Origin: an uncultured Bacteroidales bacterium
GTDB taxonomy: Bacteria > Bacteroidota > Bacteroidia > Bacteroidales > VadinHA17
NCBI GenBank assembly: GCA_963737255.1
Contig: CAVTSB010000001.1
Span: 528,379-592,378, forward strand
Length of the DNA: 64,000 bases
Direction: 5' to 3'
Under the pieces are notes generated by a model. The model searched no databases and was not told where the DNA came from. It saw only the letters and a list, made by a program, of their open reading frames with translations. Made by a program: the position numbers and the translations under genes. Below, piece by piece: positions 1-9,479 of the stretch (positions are counted from its first letter, which is position 1; every line of letters starts with the position of its first letter).

Positions 1-673
1 GCGGAACGCCAACAAACATCATATTCCATACTCCGCCCTCCCAGGAACCGAAATCTGTGTTTCTTGTAAACCACTGCTGTTGCGGACCGGAGTTGATCCT
101 GCCATCGACTTTGGAATTGGCAAGGAATCCTCCGCTTGCATATCCCTTGTCAAACAAATTCAGATTGCCTTTTACGTGCACCCTTCTCAGCGGAGCAGCC
201 TGCGAAACTCCCCAAACCATTGTTGAATCGGCAACAGGAATAATGGTCAGGTTCTCAACTGACCTCCAGAAATTTGTAAGGACGCTGTTGCCATGTGTGG
301 TATTTGACCTGACTGCACCCCTTATCACAACATCCTCCGGCGATTCCCCCAGTCCAAGTACCTGCATGTAGTAATCAACCTTCACATCAAGGTCGTATGT
401 CCCGGGTTTGAACAGAAGGGCATAGCGGTTTCTGCTGAATTCGCTCCTGCGTGCCGACTGCCTTTGGAAGATTGTGTCGATCGCCGCCTGGATCTCCTTC
501 ATATCCATCGAAGGGTCAAAAACTAATACATTTTCCCCCAGGAGTGAGCTGTTGAATTTTTCAAAGCCCTGAGGGAGAGGCTGGTCAGTTGTAACTGGTG
601 ATTGTGAAAATCCAAAAAAGGACAGAATTACTGATATGAAAATTACACTCGCGAACAGTAGTTTTATTTTCAT
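1..673 (-). CDS. GH55-family (bacterial exo-beta-1,3-glucanase-like) secreted protein, N-terminal part; runs off the window edge
   Basis: Missing from the ORF track. Manual translation from ATG at 673 gives signal peptide MKIKLLFASVIFISV, then NVLVFDPS, RYALLFKPGTY, NFWRSVENL, WAVSQAAPLRRVHVKG and QQQWFTRN...GGVWNMMFVG, motifs typical of bacterial GH55. Confidence 0.75.
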   Translation of the reverse strand, partial: MKIKLLFASVIFISVILSFFGFSQSPVTTDQPLPQGFEKFNSSLLGENVLVFDPSMDMKEIQAAIDTIFQRQSARRSEFSRNRYALLFKPGTYDLDVKVDYYMQVLGLGESPEDVVIRGAVRSNTTHGNSVLTNFWRSVENLTIIPVADSTMVWGVSQAAPLRRVHVKGNLNLFDKGYASGGFLANSKVDGRINSGPQQQWFTRNTDFGSWEGGVWNMMFVGVP

Positions 674-771
674 CGGAAGATTGAATTACTGATTAATGAC
701 AGACCAAGGTATGAAAAAAAAGAGAGCACCACGGGCGGGATTATTTTTTTTACCAAGAACTTTCGAAAAAG

Positions 772-807
772 AAATACGTATTATAATATGTATTATAATA
801 CGTATTT
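772..807. repeat. Perfect 17-bp inverted repeat (AAATACGTATTATAATA-TG-TATTATAATACGTATTT) built from ~12-bp AT-rich units
   Basis: Read directly; related units recur at 63492-63537. Confidence 0.8.
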
Positions 808-923
808 AAATAGAAATATAAGTTTATTAAACAGAGATATACACGGAGTTTTAGGGTAATTTTATCTCCAGGAAGATCGCGACTGGTTATTGATCTTCGT
901 ACAAGTTCTTCAAAGTTCCATTC

Positions 924-2024
924 TTACCTGAAAATAACGTTCACTACCATTATCTCCGATTTGCCGGTAGTTCTTACCGGCGGCCCCCAGAGCCGGATGC
1001 CGCTTGAAACGAAGAAATGTGTATTCCCTATTTTCCTGTAACCCCAGCTGAGTTCATATACCGAATTTGTGATAAGGTTTAATGGAAACAACTGCCCGTT
1101 GTGGGTATGCCCCGAGAACTGTATATCTGAATGTGTCCTGGCTGCCTGGATGATTTCATCCGGGCGGTGGTCGAGCAGTATAACGGGAAGTGAATCCGGA
1201 ACAGACCGTATCAGTTCGTCCAGAGTCTTCCTGTCACGGGTATGACTGTCATTCCTGCCCATGAGAATAATTGAGTCAGGCAGCATAACTGAACTGTCGC
1301 GCAACAATACGATTCCTGCCTTTTCGAAGAAGACAACCTTGTTCTGACTGCCATAATGCTCATGGTTTCCCGGAACTCCATAAACCCCGTATTCCGGCCT
1401 GATATTGCTGAAAAGATCTTCGAATTTCTGCATTTTTCCCCCCTCTTCGCCGCTTTCTACAATATCACCTCCGAACAACATAAGGTCTGGATCAATATCC
1501 CGGATCCTTTTTACAAATTTCTCAACAAACCACATAGGAGTATCATCATCCAGATGGAAATCGGATGCAAAAGCAATACGCAGATTTCCCGGTGCGCGGG
1601 ATCGCCGCGAAACCTCAATCTGGTAATCAGAGGTACGGATAGTGTTGAAATTTATTATCCCTGCTAAAACTATTGCTGCCGAAAGGCATACTATTGAAAA
1701 CAGAAACTTGTATCTGACCGGCTGCAGCCTGAGTTTATCACGCGGGATAATTTTGAAAACCAGGTTGATGAGGAGCAGCAGATCGGTAAGAAGCACAAAC
1801 AGGAAAAGGTAAAGAAAGAAGGGGAGAAGATAGTTTGCAACAGCTTCAGCAATTTGCCCGGCTGTTCCTGACAGGAAATTCCCAAGGGGATAAATAAGGA
1901 AAAGAAAGCCAAATATCAGGACATACCGGAGCCTGTGTTCCCTGGTGATAAATAGCTGCCATATCCGGATAAAGAGATAGAAACCAGGAAGGAGGTATGA
2001 TAATGTCAGAATGGTTCGGAACAT
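924..2024 (-). CDS. Membrane-anchored metallophosphoesterase (YkuE-like, calcineurin-like fold)
   Basis: N-terminal TM helices; motifs SDFH, GGDIV, GNHEHY, LDHRP, SGHTHNGQ. Confidence 0.9.
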   Translation of the reverse strand: MFRTILTLSYLLPGFYLFIRIWQLFITREHRLRYVLIFGFLFLIYPLGNFLSGTAGQIAEAVANYLLPFFLYLFLFVLLTDLLLLINLVFKIIPRDKLRLQPVRYKFLFSIVCLSAAIVLAGIINFNTIRTSDYQIEVSRRSRAPGNLRIAFASDFHLDDDTPMWFVEKFVKRIRDIDPDLMLFGGDIVESGEEGGKMQKFEDLFSNIRPEYGVYGVPGNHEHYGSQNKVVFFEKAGIVLLRDSSVMLPDSIILMGRNDSHTRDRKTLDELIRSVPDSLPVILLDHRPDEIIQAARTHSDIQFSGHTHNGQLFPLNLITNSVYELSWGYRKIGNTHFFVSSGIRLWGPPVRTTGKSEIMVVNVIFR

Positions 2025-2183
2025 GCCGGAGTATTTCTTGTTATTAGTTACTGGTTGCTTGTTGCAAGATAATAATTAAGTCATGCAGTCGTGCAGTCCG
2101 GAAAAAATCCGGAACGAACTCTGTACTTTCTGAAGACCGTAATACCGTAAGACTGCAAAACAGCACAACCAATAGTACGGGTA

Positions 2184-2198
2184 TGGCATATATTTTGT
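2184..2198 (+). promoter_or_regulatory. Putative sigma-54 -24/-12 promoter
   Basis: TGGCAT-N5-TTGT about 30 bp upstream of the 2229 start; matches the TGGCAY-N5-TTG consensus. Confidence 0.45.
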
Positions 2199-2228
2199 AC
2201 TTTAAAAAGGTGATAAATTTCAGAAATT

Positions 2229-2792
2229 ATGAAAACAACAGTTAAATATATAGGAATTCTTCTCCTGGCAGCCGGGATGTTGAGCATGCCGGCCAGGATC
2301 AATGCCCAGGACAGGAAGCTGGAAAGGCAGGAGAAGAAGGAAGCCAGGAAGGCTGAGTTGTATGCCAACTATAATGCGCTCGGTGGAATATTGAATTCAC
2401 GAAGATTTGTTCTTGAGGCGTTTAACCTATCAAACAGGTATGGAGAAAAGATCGTAGTATCGCCCAACGTGAATTTTATTATGGTAACATCCGGAAGGGG
2501 GATACTTCAGACGGGTATACTCTCGACACTTGGATACAATGGTGTCGGAGGAGTTACCGCCGAGGGGACAATAGGAAAGTATGAGGTTCACAACAATCCG
2601 AAGAGTCACAGTTACTTCATTCGTTTCAGTCTTAACACAGCGATAGGAACTTATGATGTGGCTATGTCAGTCAATGCCGAGGGCAGGGCAAGGGCCGAGA
2701 TTTCGGGATTAACACCCGGCAGAATTATTTACGAAGGGCATCTTGTCCCGGCAGAAAATTCAAGGGTCTATAAGGGAAGCCCGGTTATCTGA
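2229..2792 (+). CDS. DUF4251-family secreted protein
   Basis: Signal peptide, charged RQEKKEARK segment, FVLEA...VSPNVNFI...GYNGVGGVTAEG pattern typical of Bacteroidota DUF4251. Confidence 0.75.
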   Translation: MKTTVKYIGILLLAAGMLSMPARINAQDRKLERQEKKEARKAELYANYNALGGILNSRRFVLEAFNLSNRYGEKIVVSPNVNFIMVTSGRGILQTGILSTLGYNGVGGVTAEGTIGKYEVHNNPKSHSYFIRFSLNTAIGTYDVAMSVNAEGRARAEISGLTPGRIIYEGHLVPAENSRVYKGSPVI

Positions 2793-2941
2793 CCTGAAAA
2801 GTCCGAAAACAAAATTTCCTGAACATATCGTGTACCTTATTTGTTTAAATTATCCGCCCTGATAAAAGTATCGGAGCCAATAATCGGATATTTATTGAAA
2901 GAAACATTAAGTGATCAATTTTAAAAATAATACCGTAGATC

Positions 2942-3235
2942 ATGTCAAAATATCTAATTGAAGTCCCTCATGATGCTGACAGGATTGAGTGTTACCGTGC
3001 GGTACAGATCCTTTTAAGCACAGGAAATCACTTTTTGACAAATGCTGACTGGGGTTGTCATGACCATGTACATATGGCCTGGTTTTTTGCCGAGGTAGAT
3101 AGCAAAGAAGAAGCTCTCAGGATAGTGCCCCCATTTTACAGGGAGAAAACAAAAGTGACACTTCTCAACAAATTCAACCTTAGAGAGGTTGATGAGATCC
3201 TGAGCCATCACGACGCACATAAGGAAGTCCATTAG
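2942..3235 (+). CDS. Small hypothetical protein (His/Cys-containing)
   Basis: 97-aa ORF with A-rich leader; YLIEVPH...WGCHDHVH; no confident family. Confidence 0.6.
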   Translation: MSKYLIEVPHDADRIECYRAVQILLSTGNHFLTNADWGCHDHVHMAWFFAEVDSKEEALRIVPPFYREKTKVTLLNKFNLREVDEILSHHDAHKEVH

Positions 3236-3315
3236 TTTTGCCCGGATCCGAAGCTGTCAGGTTAGCAGGAAAAATTTTTAGTCCTGGTTGAAATCTTACC
3301 ATTTACGCCCCATAA

Positions 3316-3723
3316 TCAATTCCCCTTCAATCTTATTTCTGCTACTCTCTTTGATGTAACAGCGGTTGCCTTGTTACCCCAGCTTGAGCGTATCCAGGTG
3401 AGGATCTCAGCCACTTCCGGATCGGTGAGATGCCCGGCTGCAGGCATTTCCTGGGTATAAATTTGTCCGGCTACTTCAGTGGGGCCCTTTAGTCCGAAAA
3501 GGACAATCCTGATAAGGCTGTCAGGCTGGCCAATAACTTTTTCAGTGTTTACAAGAGGGGGGAACATACCCGGGACACCTGAACCTTCGGCCTGATGGCA
3601 CGGGAGGCAATGTTTGGCATAGAGCTCCTTTCCTCCCGTCAAATTGTCATTGTAAATAGAGTGATTGCCGGAGATCTGCAGCGACAACATCAGAACCATG
3701 AAATACCTGATCAGGATAATCAT
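3316..3723 (-). CDS. Monohaem c-type cytochrome
   Basis: Signal peptide, CLPCH haem motif, GVPGMFPPL, distal Met in QEMP; ATGA overlap with the upstream dehydrogenase. Confidence 0.9.
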   Translation of the reverse strand: MIILIRYFMVLMLSLQISGNHSIYNDNLTGGKELYAKHCLPCHQAEGSGVPGMFPPLVNTEKVIGQPDSLIRIVLFGLKGPTEVAGQIYTQEMPAAGHLTDPEVAEILTWIRSSWGNKATAVTSKRVAEIRLKGN

Positions 3724-5003
3724 TTGTTGTCAGTGTAAGAGATCTTCCAGATGCGCCCTTCCCTGGAATCCGAAACAAAGAGTGAACCGTCAGGCCCCTG
3801 GGCCAGTCCCATCGGTCGGTATTTGGCATCGTCGGGACTCTTAACAAAATCGACTCCTGCAAAACCATCGGCAAATACCTCCACCTCCCCCGATGGCTTA
3901 CCGCCGGTAAACGGGATAAATACTACATAATAGCCTTCCTGTTCGAAAGGGGCACGGTTCCACGATCCGTGGAAAGCAATGAAAGCCCCGTTCCTGTATT
4001 TCTCAGGGAACATAGAACCGGTGTAAAACAGCAGGTCGTTTGGAGCCATGTGGGCGGGGAAAGCCATTATAGGGTCTTCAGCGTCAGCGCACCGGCCGAC
4101 TGCATTTTTGTCACCTCCGTATTCGGGAGCAAGCAGCTTAATTTTTCTTACGGGATCATAGTAACAGTATGGCCATCCGAAAAAATCGCCATCATCGATT
4201 TCGAAGAATTCTTCGGCGGGCAATTCCGCGCTCTCCTTTTCCGAAAAGACTTCGGGGTAGAGCGACAGCTGATCCCTTCCATGCTGGACCACAAAAAGCT
4301 TATTGACAGATTGGTTCCAGGCAAGTGCGATCGAATTCCTTATCCCCGAAGCATACCGGTGTCCGTCCGCAACCTGATCCTGACCGGGCTTATCGTCGCG
4401 GAACTTCCATATGCCTGCATGCCGCTCCAACTGGGGACAGGGATCGATTCCCGGAGCGCCGGGTGACCTGTCAGGCTGAGAGCATGAATTTGACGGAGCG
4501 CCGACATTTACATAAAGATTGCCAGCTCCGTCGAGAGTGAAAGCTTTATCCCTGTGCTGGGTCTGATCAGGGAAGCCCCCGGCAATGAGAACGGCAGCCT
4601 CGGCAGGGATGAGTCCGTTTTTTGACAGGTGTACACGGTAGACTTCCTTGTAATTACTGAAATAAAGGAAGTCACCGCTTATCTCGAGCCCTGTTGACGG
4701 CGAATCGGTAAAAAACAGAGTTGAATCTGCTATTCCGTCATTGTTTTTATCACGAAGGGCTGCAATTCCCTTACCGTTTTTAAGGCGGCTGAGAGCCAGG
4801 AAGACGTCCCCGTTATTCCTGACTGCCAGATGACGTCCCTGTCCAAGCTTATCGGCGAAAATAACAGCCGAAAATCCGGTCGGAAGAGTCAATCCGCCGT
4901 TGTCTCCGGGGTTTTTGTCCGAAGGTGCATTTCCCCTGCACGAAAAAGGGATAACCGATGCGCCAAGACATACTGCCAGAAAGAGCTGCTTTAGTGGTTT
5001 CAT
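3720..5003 (-). CDS. PQQ-dependent sugar / L-sorbosone dehydrogenase family lipoprotein
   Basis: Lipobox FSC; GIRN, QHGRDQL, GWPYCYYD, PAHMAPNDL, AFHGSWNR, RPMGLAQGPDGSLFVSD beta-propeller motifs. Confidence 0.88.
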   Translation of the reverse strand: MKPLKQLFLAVCLGASVIPFSCRGNAPSDKNPGDNGGLTLPTGFSAVIFADKLGQGRHLAVRNNGDVFLALSRLKNGKGIAALRDKNNDGIADSTLFFTDSPSTGLEISGDFLYFSNYKEVYRVHLSKNGLIPAEAAVLIAGGFPDQTQHRDKAFTLDGAGNLYVNVGAPSNSCSQPDRSPGAPGIDPCPQLERHAGIWKFRDDKPGQDQVADGHRYASGIRNSIALAWNQSVNKLFVVQHGRDQLSLYPEVFSEKESAELPAEEFFEIDDGDFFGWPYCYYDPVRKIKLLAPEYGGDKNAVGRCADAEDPIMAFPAHMAPNDLLFYTGSMFPEKYRNGAFIAFHGSWNRAPFEQEGYYVVFIPFTGGKPSGEVEVFADGFAGVDFVKSPDDAKYRPMGLAQGPDGSLFVSDSREGRIWKISYTDNK

Positions 5004-5156
5004 TGTAGTGTTGACAGGTTAAGATTTGAGTATCTTTAACATATAACAAAATTGCCCGACATTTGTTTAGAAAAGATTAGTCAATCACCGGAGCCACAGG
5101 TGCTTGGCAGATCACTTATTACTTTCCTGAAATTTAATTTGTCACAGACCCGGGCT

Positions 5157-8066
5157 CTACCGCAGGATTATTTTGCCTATATACAGCAGTGGACCCGACT
5201 GCAGCTTAACAAGGTAAACTCCTTTATTTCCGCCTGCAGGGATCTGTAAAAGCGAACTTTTCAGGAATTCTGTATTATCCGTCTGACTTATGGTCCTTCC
5301 TGCCATATCGATCAGACTGGCTGATCCGTATTTGCCGTCCCAATCGTCCGACAGGGTCTGGATATTGACCATATCAAATGAAGTGAATATCCTGAATTTG
5401 CTTTGGGTAACAAAGGGATCTTCACCATTCCCCGAATTTTTAATCACCCTGATAACGAAACGGTCTTCCGTATTTCCTGCGGTTGCTTTAAATATCATGG
5501 AAGGGGTTATCTTCAGATTCAGGGTGAATCCGGATGTCTTATCTGTCAGGTAGACATTATAGTCTCTTAGCTCCTGCAACTGGGTGACTGTTATTTTATA
5601 TGTGCCTTGTTCGGAAATGTTTATTCCGACCGGGACCTCTGTACTGGTTTCGGGGAAGGGGATGCTGTTAATCGCGTAGCTGACTGGCTCTATTGTGGTC
5701 CACAGGCTGACATGGGTCCCTGTTTTGCTGAATTTATAAGCATCGAATTCAGAATCAAAGCTGTTTTTTGCTTTATTGTCAAAACGTATTACTGTTTCAT
5801 CAGTAGCTTTCAGGCCTTCAATTTTCAACCGTATGAGAGGTATTTCTTCAACTTCTCCCTTATATCTTGAATGGAAGTCATGAACCCGGGCAATCAGAGG
5901 AAATTCAACGGTCTGAACGGGGGCGTTTGCTTTTACAAAGAATCCCTGCATGGGCGGGATAAATCCGGTAGTCCCGTCAGGGATGCCAACATTATTTACA
6001 TATGTGGCAAAGGTGTTATTTGTAGTAAAATATATTGCATTGTCAACGGAGATTGATCTTATGCATGAATTCCAGTTAAGGCCCGATGAAAAAGGATTCC
6101 CTATCAGGTTCCATCCCTGTGTGGAATTTTCAGTTCCTGTATAGGATAAATCTTCAGTCTCACCAGTCGTATTCAGGATTCCACCAAAAGACTTCGTAAC
6201 ACCTTCAGTTTCATAAAAATAAATATTGTATCCTTTCCCGGGTTGAAGGGTATTAAAAGTAACAGGGGTTTCGGGATAGCCTCCATCCGAATAGTCCCAC
6301 CCATCCCAGGCTCTCCATCTCAAATTGTAATCGATACCCGTATAGTCCTCATAATATGCTGCCAGGTCCAGGGAACGAATTGGACCCTCAGTAAACACAT
6401 TAGTCGACAATGAAGACACGGGAGAGGAAATATAGTGCCATGGCCAGGTGAGTTCAGAGCCTCCGCCTGTGAGGTACAATTGAACATTTTCTTTTCCGCC
6501 GCCCGAATTATCATAGCTGTTCACAATAAGGGATGCAATAGCGTTCTGATCGGAACAAAGGTAAAGTGTACCGTTATTTACAAGTTCATTGAGAGAGACA
6601 TGTGCCCCTGGCTCTATTGCCATTTCATTGGAGATCCCGATGGTGAAATCCTGACCTGCTAATCCTGTCGGGTAATTTGTAAGTCCGGCAGGTATTAAAA
6701 CAGTCTGCGCGCCTGATGCCGGAAGGCCGCCTGAACTCCAGTTGCCGGCTGTTCCCCATTCAGTATTTACAGCTCCGGTCCATCCCATATACTGAACCTC
6801 ATAAGCGCCTATATCATAGGCTCCAACGCGGCCGTTGCCTGAAAAATCGGTCGCAGGAGGTAAGGGATCGCCTGTAGATATCCCTTTATCACGGCACGGG
6901 GATATTAGCTTTATGCGATAATCATAAGTTGCAGGATCATAGAAGTTAGGGCCATCAGGTTCAGCGTTTAAAGCATGTAATTTAAAACTGCTGGGGAATG
7001 TGTTTATATTAATTTCATTAGCACTAAGATAAACACTCTGAACTGCACAGTTAACAAGATTAGATGGAAGTGGCGGGTTCACGAAATAAACAGATTTTTT
7101 ATCCGGACTCCAAATGATTGAGTTTTTTATAACAGATCCTCCAGAAGTCCGGACAGCAACATTGTACGGAGTGTTATCTGCTATAACACAATTCAATATG
7201 TTCACCTTTCCATCTTCCTCGTTGTTGCTGGTTCCAACCGACACACCTCCACCAGTTGACAAACTGCAGGTATTATAATATATCATGCAATTTTGAATTA
7301 TTCCGCCTGCACCAGTATCAAAATGAATACCTCCGGTGGCTATTTCCGAGGTGTTTGAATATATTTTGCATCGTTCTATTTTGGGATTATTGACTCTAGT
7401 GTGATTAAAAATAGCGCCACCCCTGATATAAGTACCAGCTCCCATATTTACTGCACGATTGTAGGCGAATGTACAATCTGATATATTTGCGTCAGAATCA
7501 TATACTACTATGGCCCCACCGTTTTGTGCTTCATTTCCATTGAATGTACTGTTAGCAATAGTTATTTGAGAACTATTAGCCGCGTTTATATTAATAGCAT
7601 ACAATGCACCACCATTTGCAGCGACGTTGTTTCTGAATGTGCAGTATGTAATTTGTAATGTTGATTTACTGGCATAAATCGCACCGCCATCCGGGGCATT
7701 ACCTTTTTCGAAAATGCAATAAGCAAAACTGGAGCCTGAAGGTGCGTTCGAAAAATAAACATGTCCCCAAGTATTATTGGCGGCTGTAAATGTAATTAAA
7801 TGACCAATATCTCCATCAGCAATCAGTCTTCCTGGATTCACATCAATACCTGTACCTTCTGAAAATCTGAGAGTTGTACCGGGCTGAATAGTTAGTGTAT
7901 GTGATCTTGTTTCAATAAGCCCGCCTACATAAACGTCACCTGGACCAAAAGTAAAATCTTGAGTTAGCGGTCCAGAATACGGGAGTGCTGAAGTCCCATT
8001 CCCTGTTAATCCAAATATTAAATTTGTATATAAAATACAAGCTGATAATAAGAGTAGCTTCCTCAT
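5157..8066 (-). CDS. Large T9SS-secreted protein with parallel beta-helix (GGAI/FxxN) repeats
   Basis: Signal peptide; repeated GGAIY...FxxN; DIGAYE; GWNLIGNPF; FDAYK; C-terminal GVYLVKL...KIIL type A sorting domain. Confidence 0.8.
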   Translation of the reverse strand: MRKLLLLSACILYTNLIFGLTGNGTSALPYSGPLTQDFTFGPGDVYVGGLIETRSHTLTIQPGTTLRFSEGTGIDVNPGRLIADGDIGHLITFTAANNTWGHVYFSNAPSGSSFAYCIFEKGNAPDGGAIYASKSTLQITYCTFRNNVAANGGALYAININAANSSQITIANSTFNGNEAQNGGAIVVYDSDANISDCTFAYNRAVNMGAGTYIRGGAIFNHTRVNNPKIERCKIYSNTSEIATGGIHFDTGAGGIIQNCMIYYNTCSLSTGGGVSVGTSNNEEDGKVNILNCVIADNTPYNVAVRTSGGSVIKNSIIWSPDKKSVYFVNPPLPSNLVNCAVQSVYLSANEININTFPSSFKLHALNAEPDGPNFYDPATYDYRIKLISPCRDKGISTGDPLPPATDFSGNGRVGAYDIGAYEVQYMGWTGAVNTEWGTAGNWSSGGLPASGAQTVLIPAGLTNYPTGLAGQDFTIGISNEMAIEPGAHVSLNELVNNGTLYLCSDQNAIASLIVNSYDNSGGGKENVQLYLTGGGSELTWPWHYISSPVSSLSTNVFTEGPIRSLDLAAYYEDYTGIDYNLRWRAWDGWDYSDGGYPETPVTFNTLQPGKGYNIYFYETEGVTKSFGGILNTTGETEDLSYTGTENSTQGWNLIGNPFSSGLNWNSCIRSISVDNAIYFTTNNTFATYVNNVGIPDGTTGFIPPMQGFFVKANAPVQTVEFPLIARVHDFHSRYKGEVEEIPLIRLKIEGLKATDETVIRFDNKAKNSFDSEFDAYKFSKTGTHVSLWTTIEPVSYAINSIPFPETSTEVPVGINISEQGTYKITVTQLQELRDYNVYLTDKTSGFTLNLKITPSMIFKATAGNTEDRFVIRVIKNSGNGEDPFVTQSKFRIFTSFDMVNIQTLSDDWDGKYGSASLIDMAGRTISQTDNTEFLKSSLLQIPAGGNKGVYLVKLQSGPLLYIGKIILR

Positions 8067-8239
8067 GACATATTTACTAACGTAAATCTAGCCATTTCAT
8101 TGCTAACTGCCAAATAATCAAAGGACATAAGATTTAAAAGGGAGTTAGTCTGCAAGAGTGTGATGTTTCGGAGAAAACGGGCGGATTATCCGACACGGCA
8201 TTGGCTTATGGCTAAAATTCAGAGTGCTTAATGTAAATC

Positions 8240-8277
8240 AAAAAGCCCTTTACTATAATTTGAGTAAGGGGCTTTTT
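8240..8277. terminator. Bidirectional rho-independent terminator-like hairpin
   Basis: AAAAAGCCCTTTACT-8 nt-AGTAAGGGGCTTTTT, downstream of the minus-strand gene 8372-9202. Confidence 0.7.
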
Positions 8278-8371
8278 AATACCCGGCAGCCTCAAGGCAG
8301 GAAATGCCGGATATATCAAATGCCGTGAATATATACTTTACCTTTTCTGGTTATCTAACGTAATTCAGCTT

Positions 8372-9202
8372 TTAATAATAAACGTAAGTTCTTTCAGCAA
8401 CCAGCTTGAATTTCCCATCATCGATATTACTATAACACTGTAACCAGTTGCCATGGTCATCAAACAGAAGATCCTCCACATCCCACTTAATAACACTTTT
8501 TGGTCTTTCAATAGTGACTGTTTGTGTTGCCAAAAAGCCCTTATCATTAAAAGTATTCATGAAAGTTTGCCTCAGGGTATCATCCCCGGAATAAAATTTT
8601 GTTTCAATTACCTTTTGCAGTTCATTTAATGAAAAAACCTGATAGCTTCCCTTCATATTTTTAAAATCGAAATATTCAACTTTGGTATAATTGCCGTTAT
8701 CATCATACCTTATAGTAAACGTCGATATTAGTGTATCGGCTGTTGGTCTGTAGATCTTCCCGCCAACAAAATATCCCTTATTATCGTATTCTGGTATAAC
8801 ATATTGAGTGGTGCTATCTTTTGATTTAAAATCCCATCTGACGACTTTGCCATTTTCAAGAGTTCCAACCCTGCTGTTCCGGATTACATTTTTTTCATCT
8901 ATGAGGTCATATCTTGTCAGAGTACCCTTGTCGTCAAAGTAAGCTACAAGATTCCTGGTGGAACCCACACTGTCAAGATCCTTCCAGGTTGCGGGATCGC
9001 CTTTTATAATTTTACCGTCCTTAACAACAGCCCAATAGTTGGTTTCCCTTAATTCTTTAATCATACCGGTTAAAGACTCAGGGAAAAAAATATAATCAGT
9101 TCCAATTCCCAGGACTGTTTTCTCAACAGGTTTTTGCTGAGCACAACTGCAAAAAATAAGCACGGCCAAACCGCAGATAAATGTTTTCTTCTTCATATTC
9201 AA
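8372..9202 (-). CDS. Hypothetical lipoprotein (beta-rich, YD-like repeats)
   Basis: Lipobox FCSC; repeated YDxxG motifs; ends ERTYVYY. Confidence 0.7.
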   Translation of the reverse strand: MNMKKKTFICGLAVLIFCSCAQQKPVEKTVLGIGTDYIFFPESLTGMIKELRETNYWAVVKDGKIIKGDPATWKDLDSVGSTRNLVAYFDDKGTLTRYDLIDEKNVIRNSRVGTLENGKVVRWDFKSKDSTTQYVIPEYDNKGYFVGGKIYRPTADTLISTFTIRYDDNGNYTKVEYFDFKNMKGSYQVFSLNELQKVIETKFYSGDDTLRQTFMNTFNDKGFLATQTVTIERPKSVIKWDVEDLLFDDHGNWLQCYSNIDDGKFKLVAERTYVYY

Positions 9203-9479
9203 GAGATTTACATGTAAAGGAAAATTGTTAAAGGTTTGTTTATGAAAGTTAGACTAAAAAATGATCCAAGTCAAATTTTTTTTTTCAATTAATCTGTGCA
9301 GGTAAAAAGATCCGGTCAGACAAAAGAGGGGAATAACACCGTAGAAAGAGATAACCTGTATGCAACAGTAATTTTATTTATTCGTCTATTGAAGAGGGTA
9401 TTCTGATTATTAAAAACTCTCAGGTGCCCTCAGAGAATAGAATAAACAAACTGAAACTTTTGTAACCTTAAAACAATCC

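Noticed and set aside
57-371. ORF-track ORF on the + strand, and other antisense ORFs such as 1356-1667, 3969-4466 and 62514-63227
   Set aside because: Shadow frames overlapping well-supported genes on the opposite strand, with no recognisable motifs.
3316-5003. Frameshifted fusion of the dehydrogenase and cytochrome c
   Set aside because: The cytochrome has its own hydrophobic signal peptide and a standard ATGA overlap, consistent with two coupled genes.
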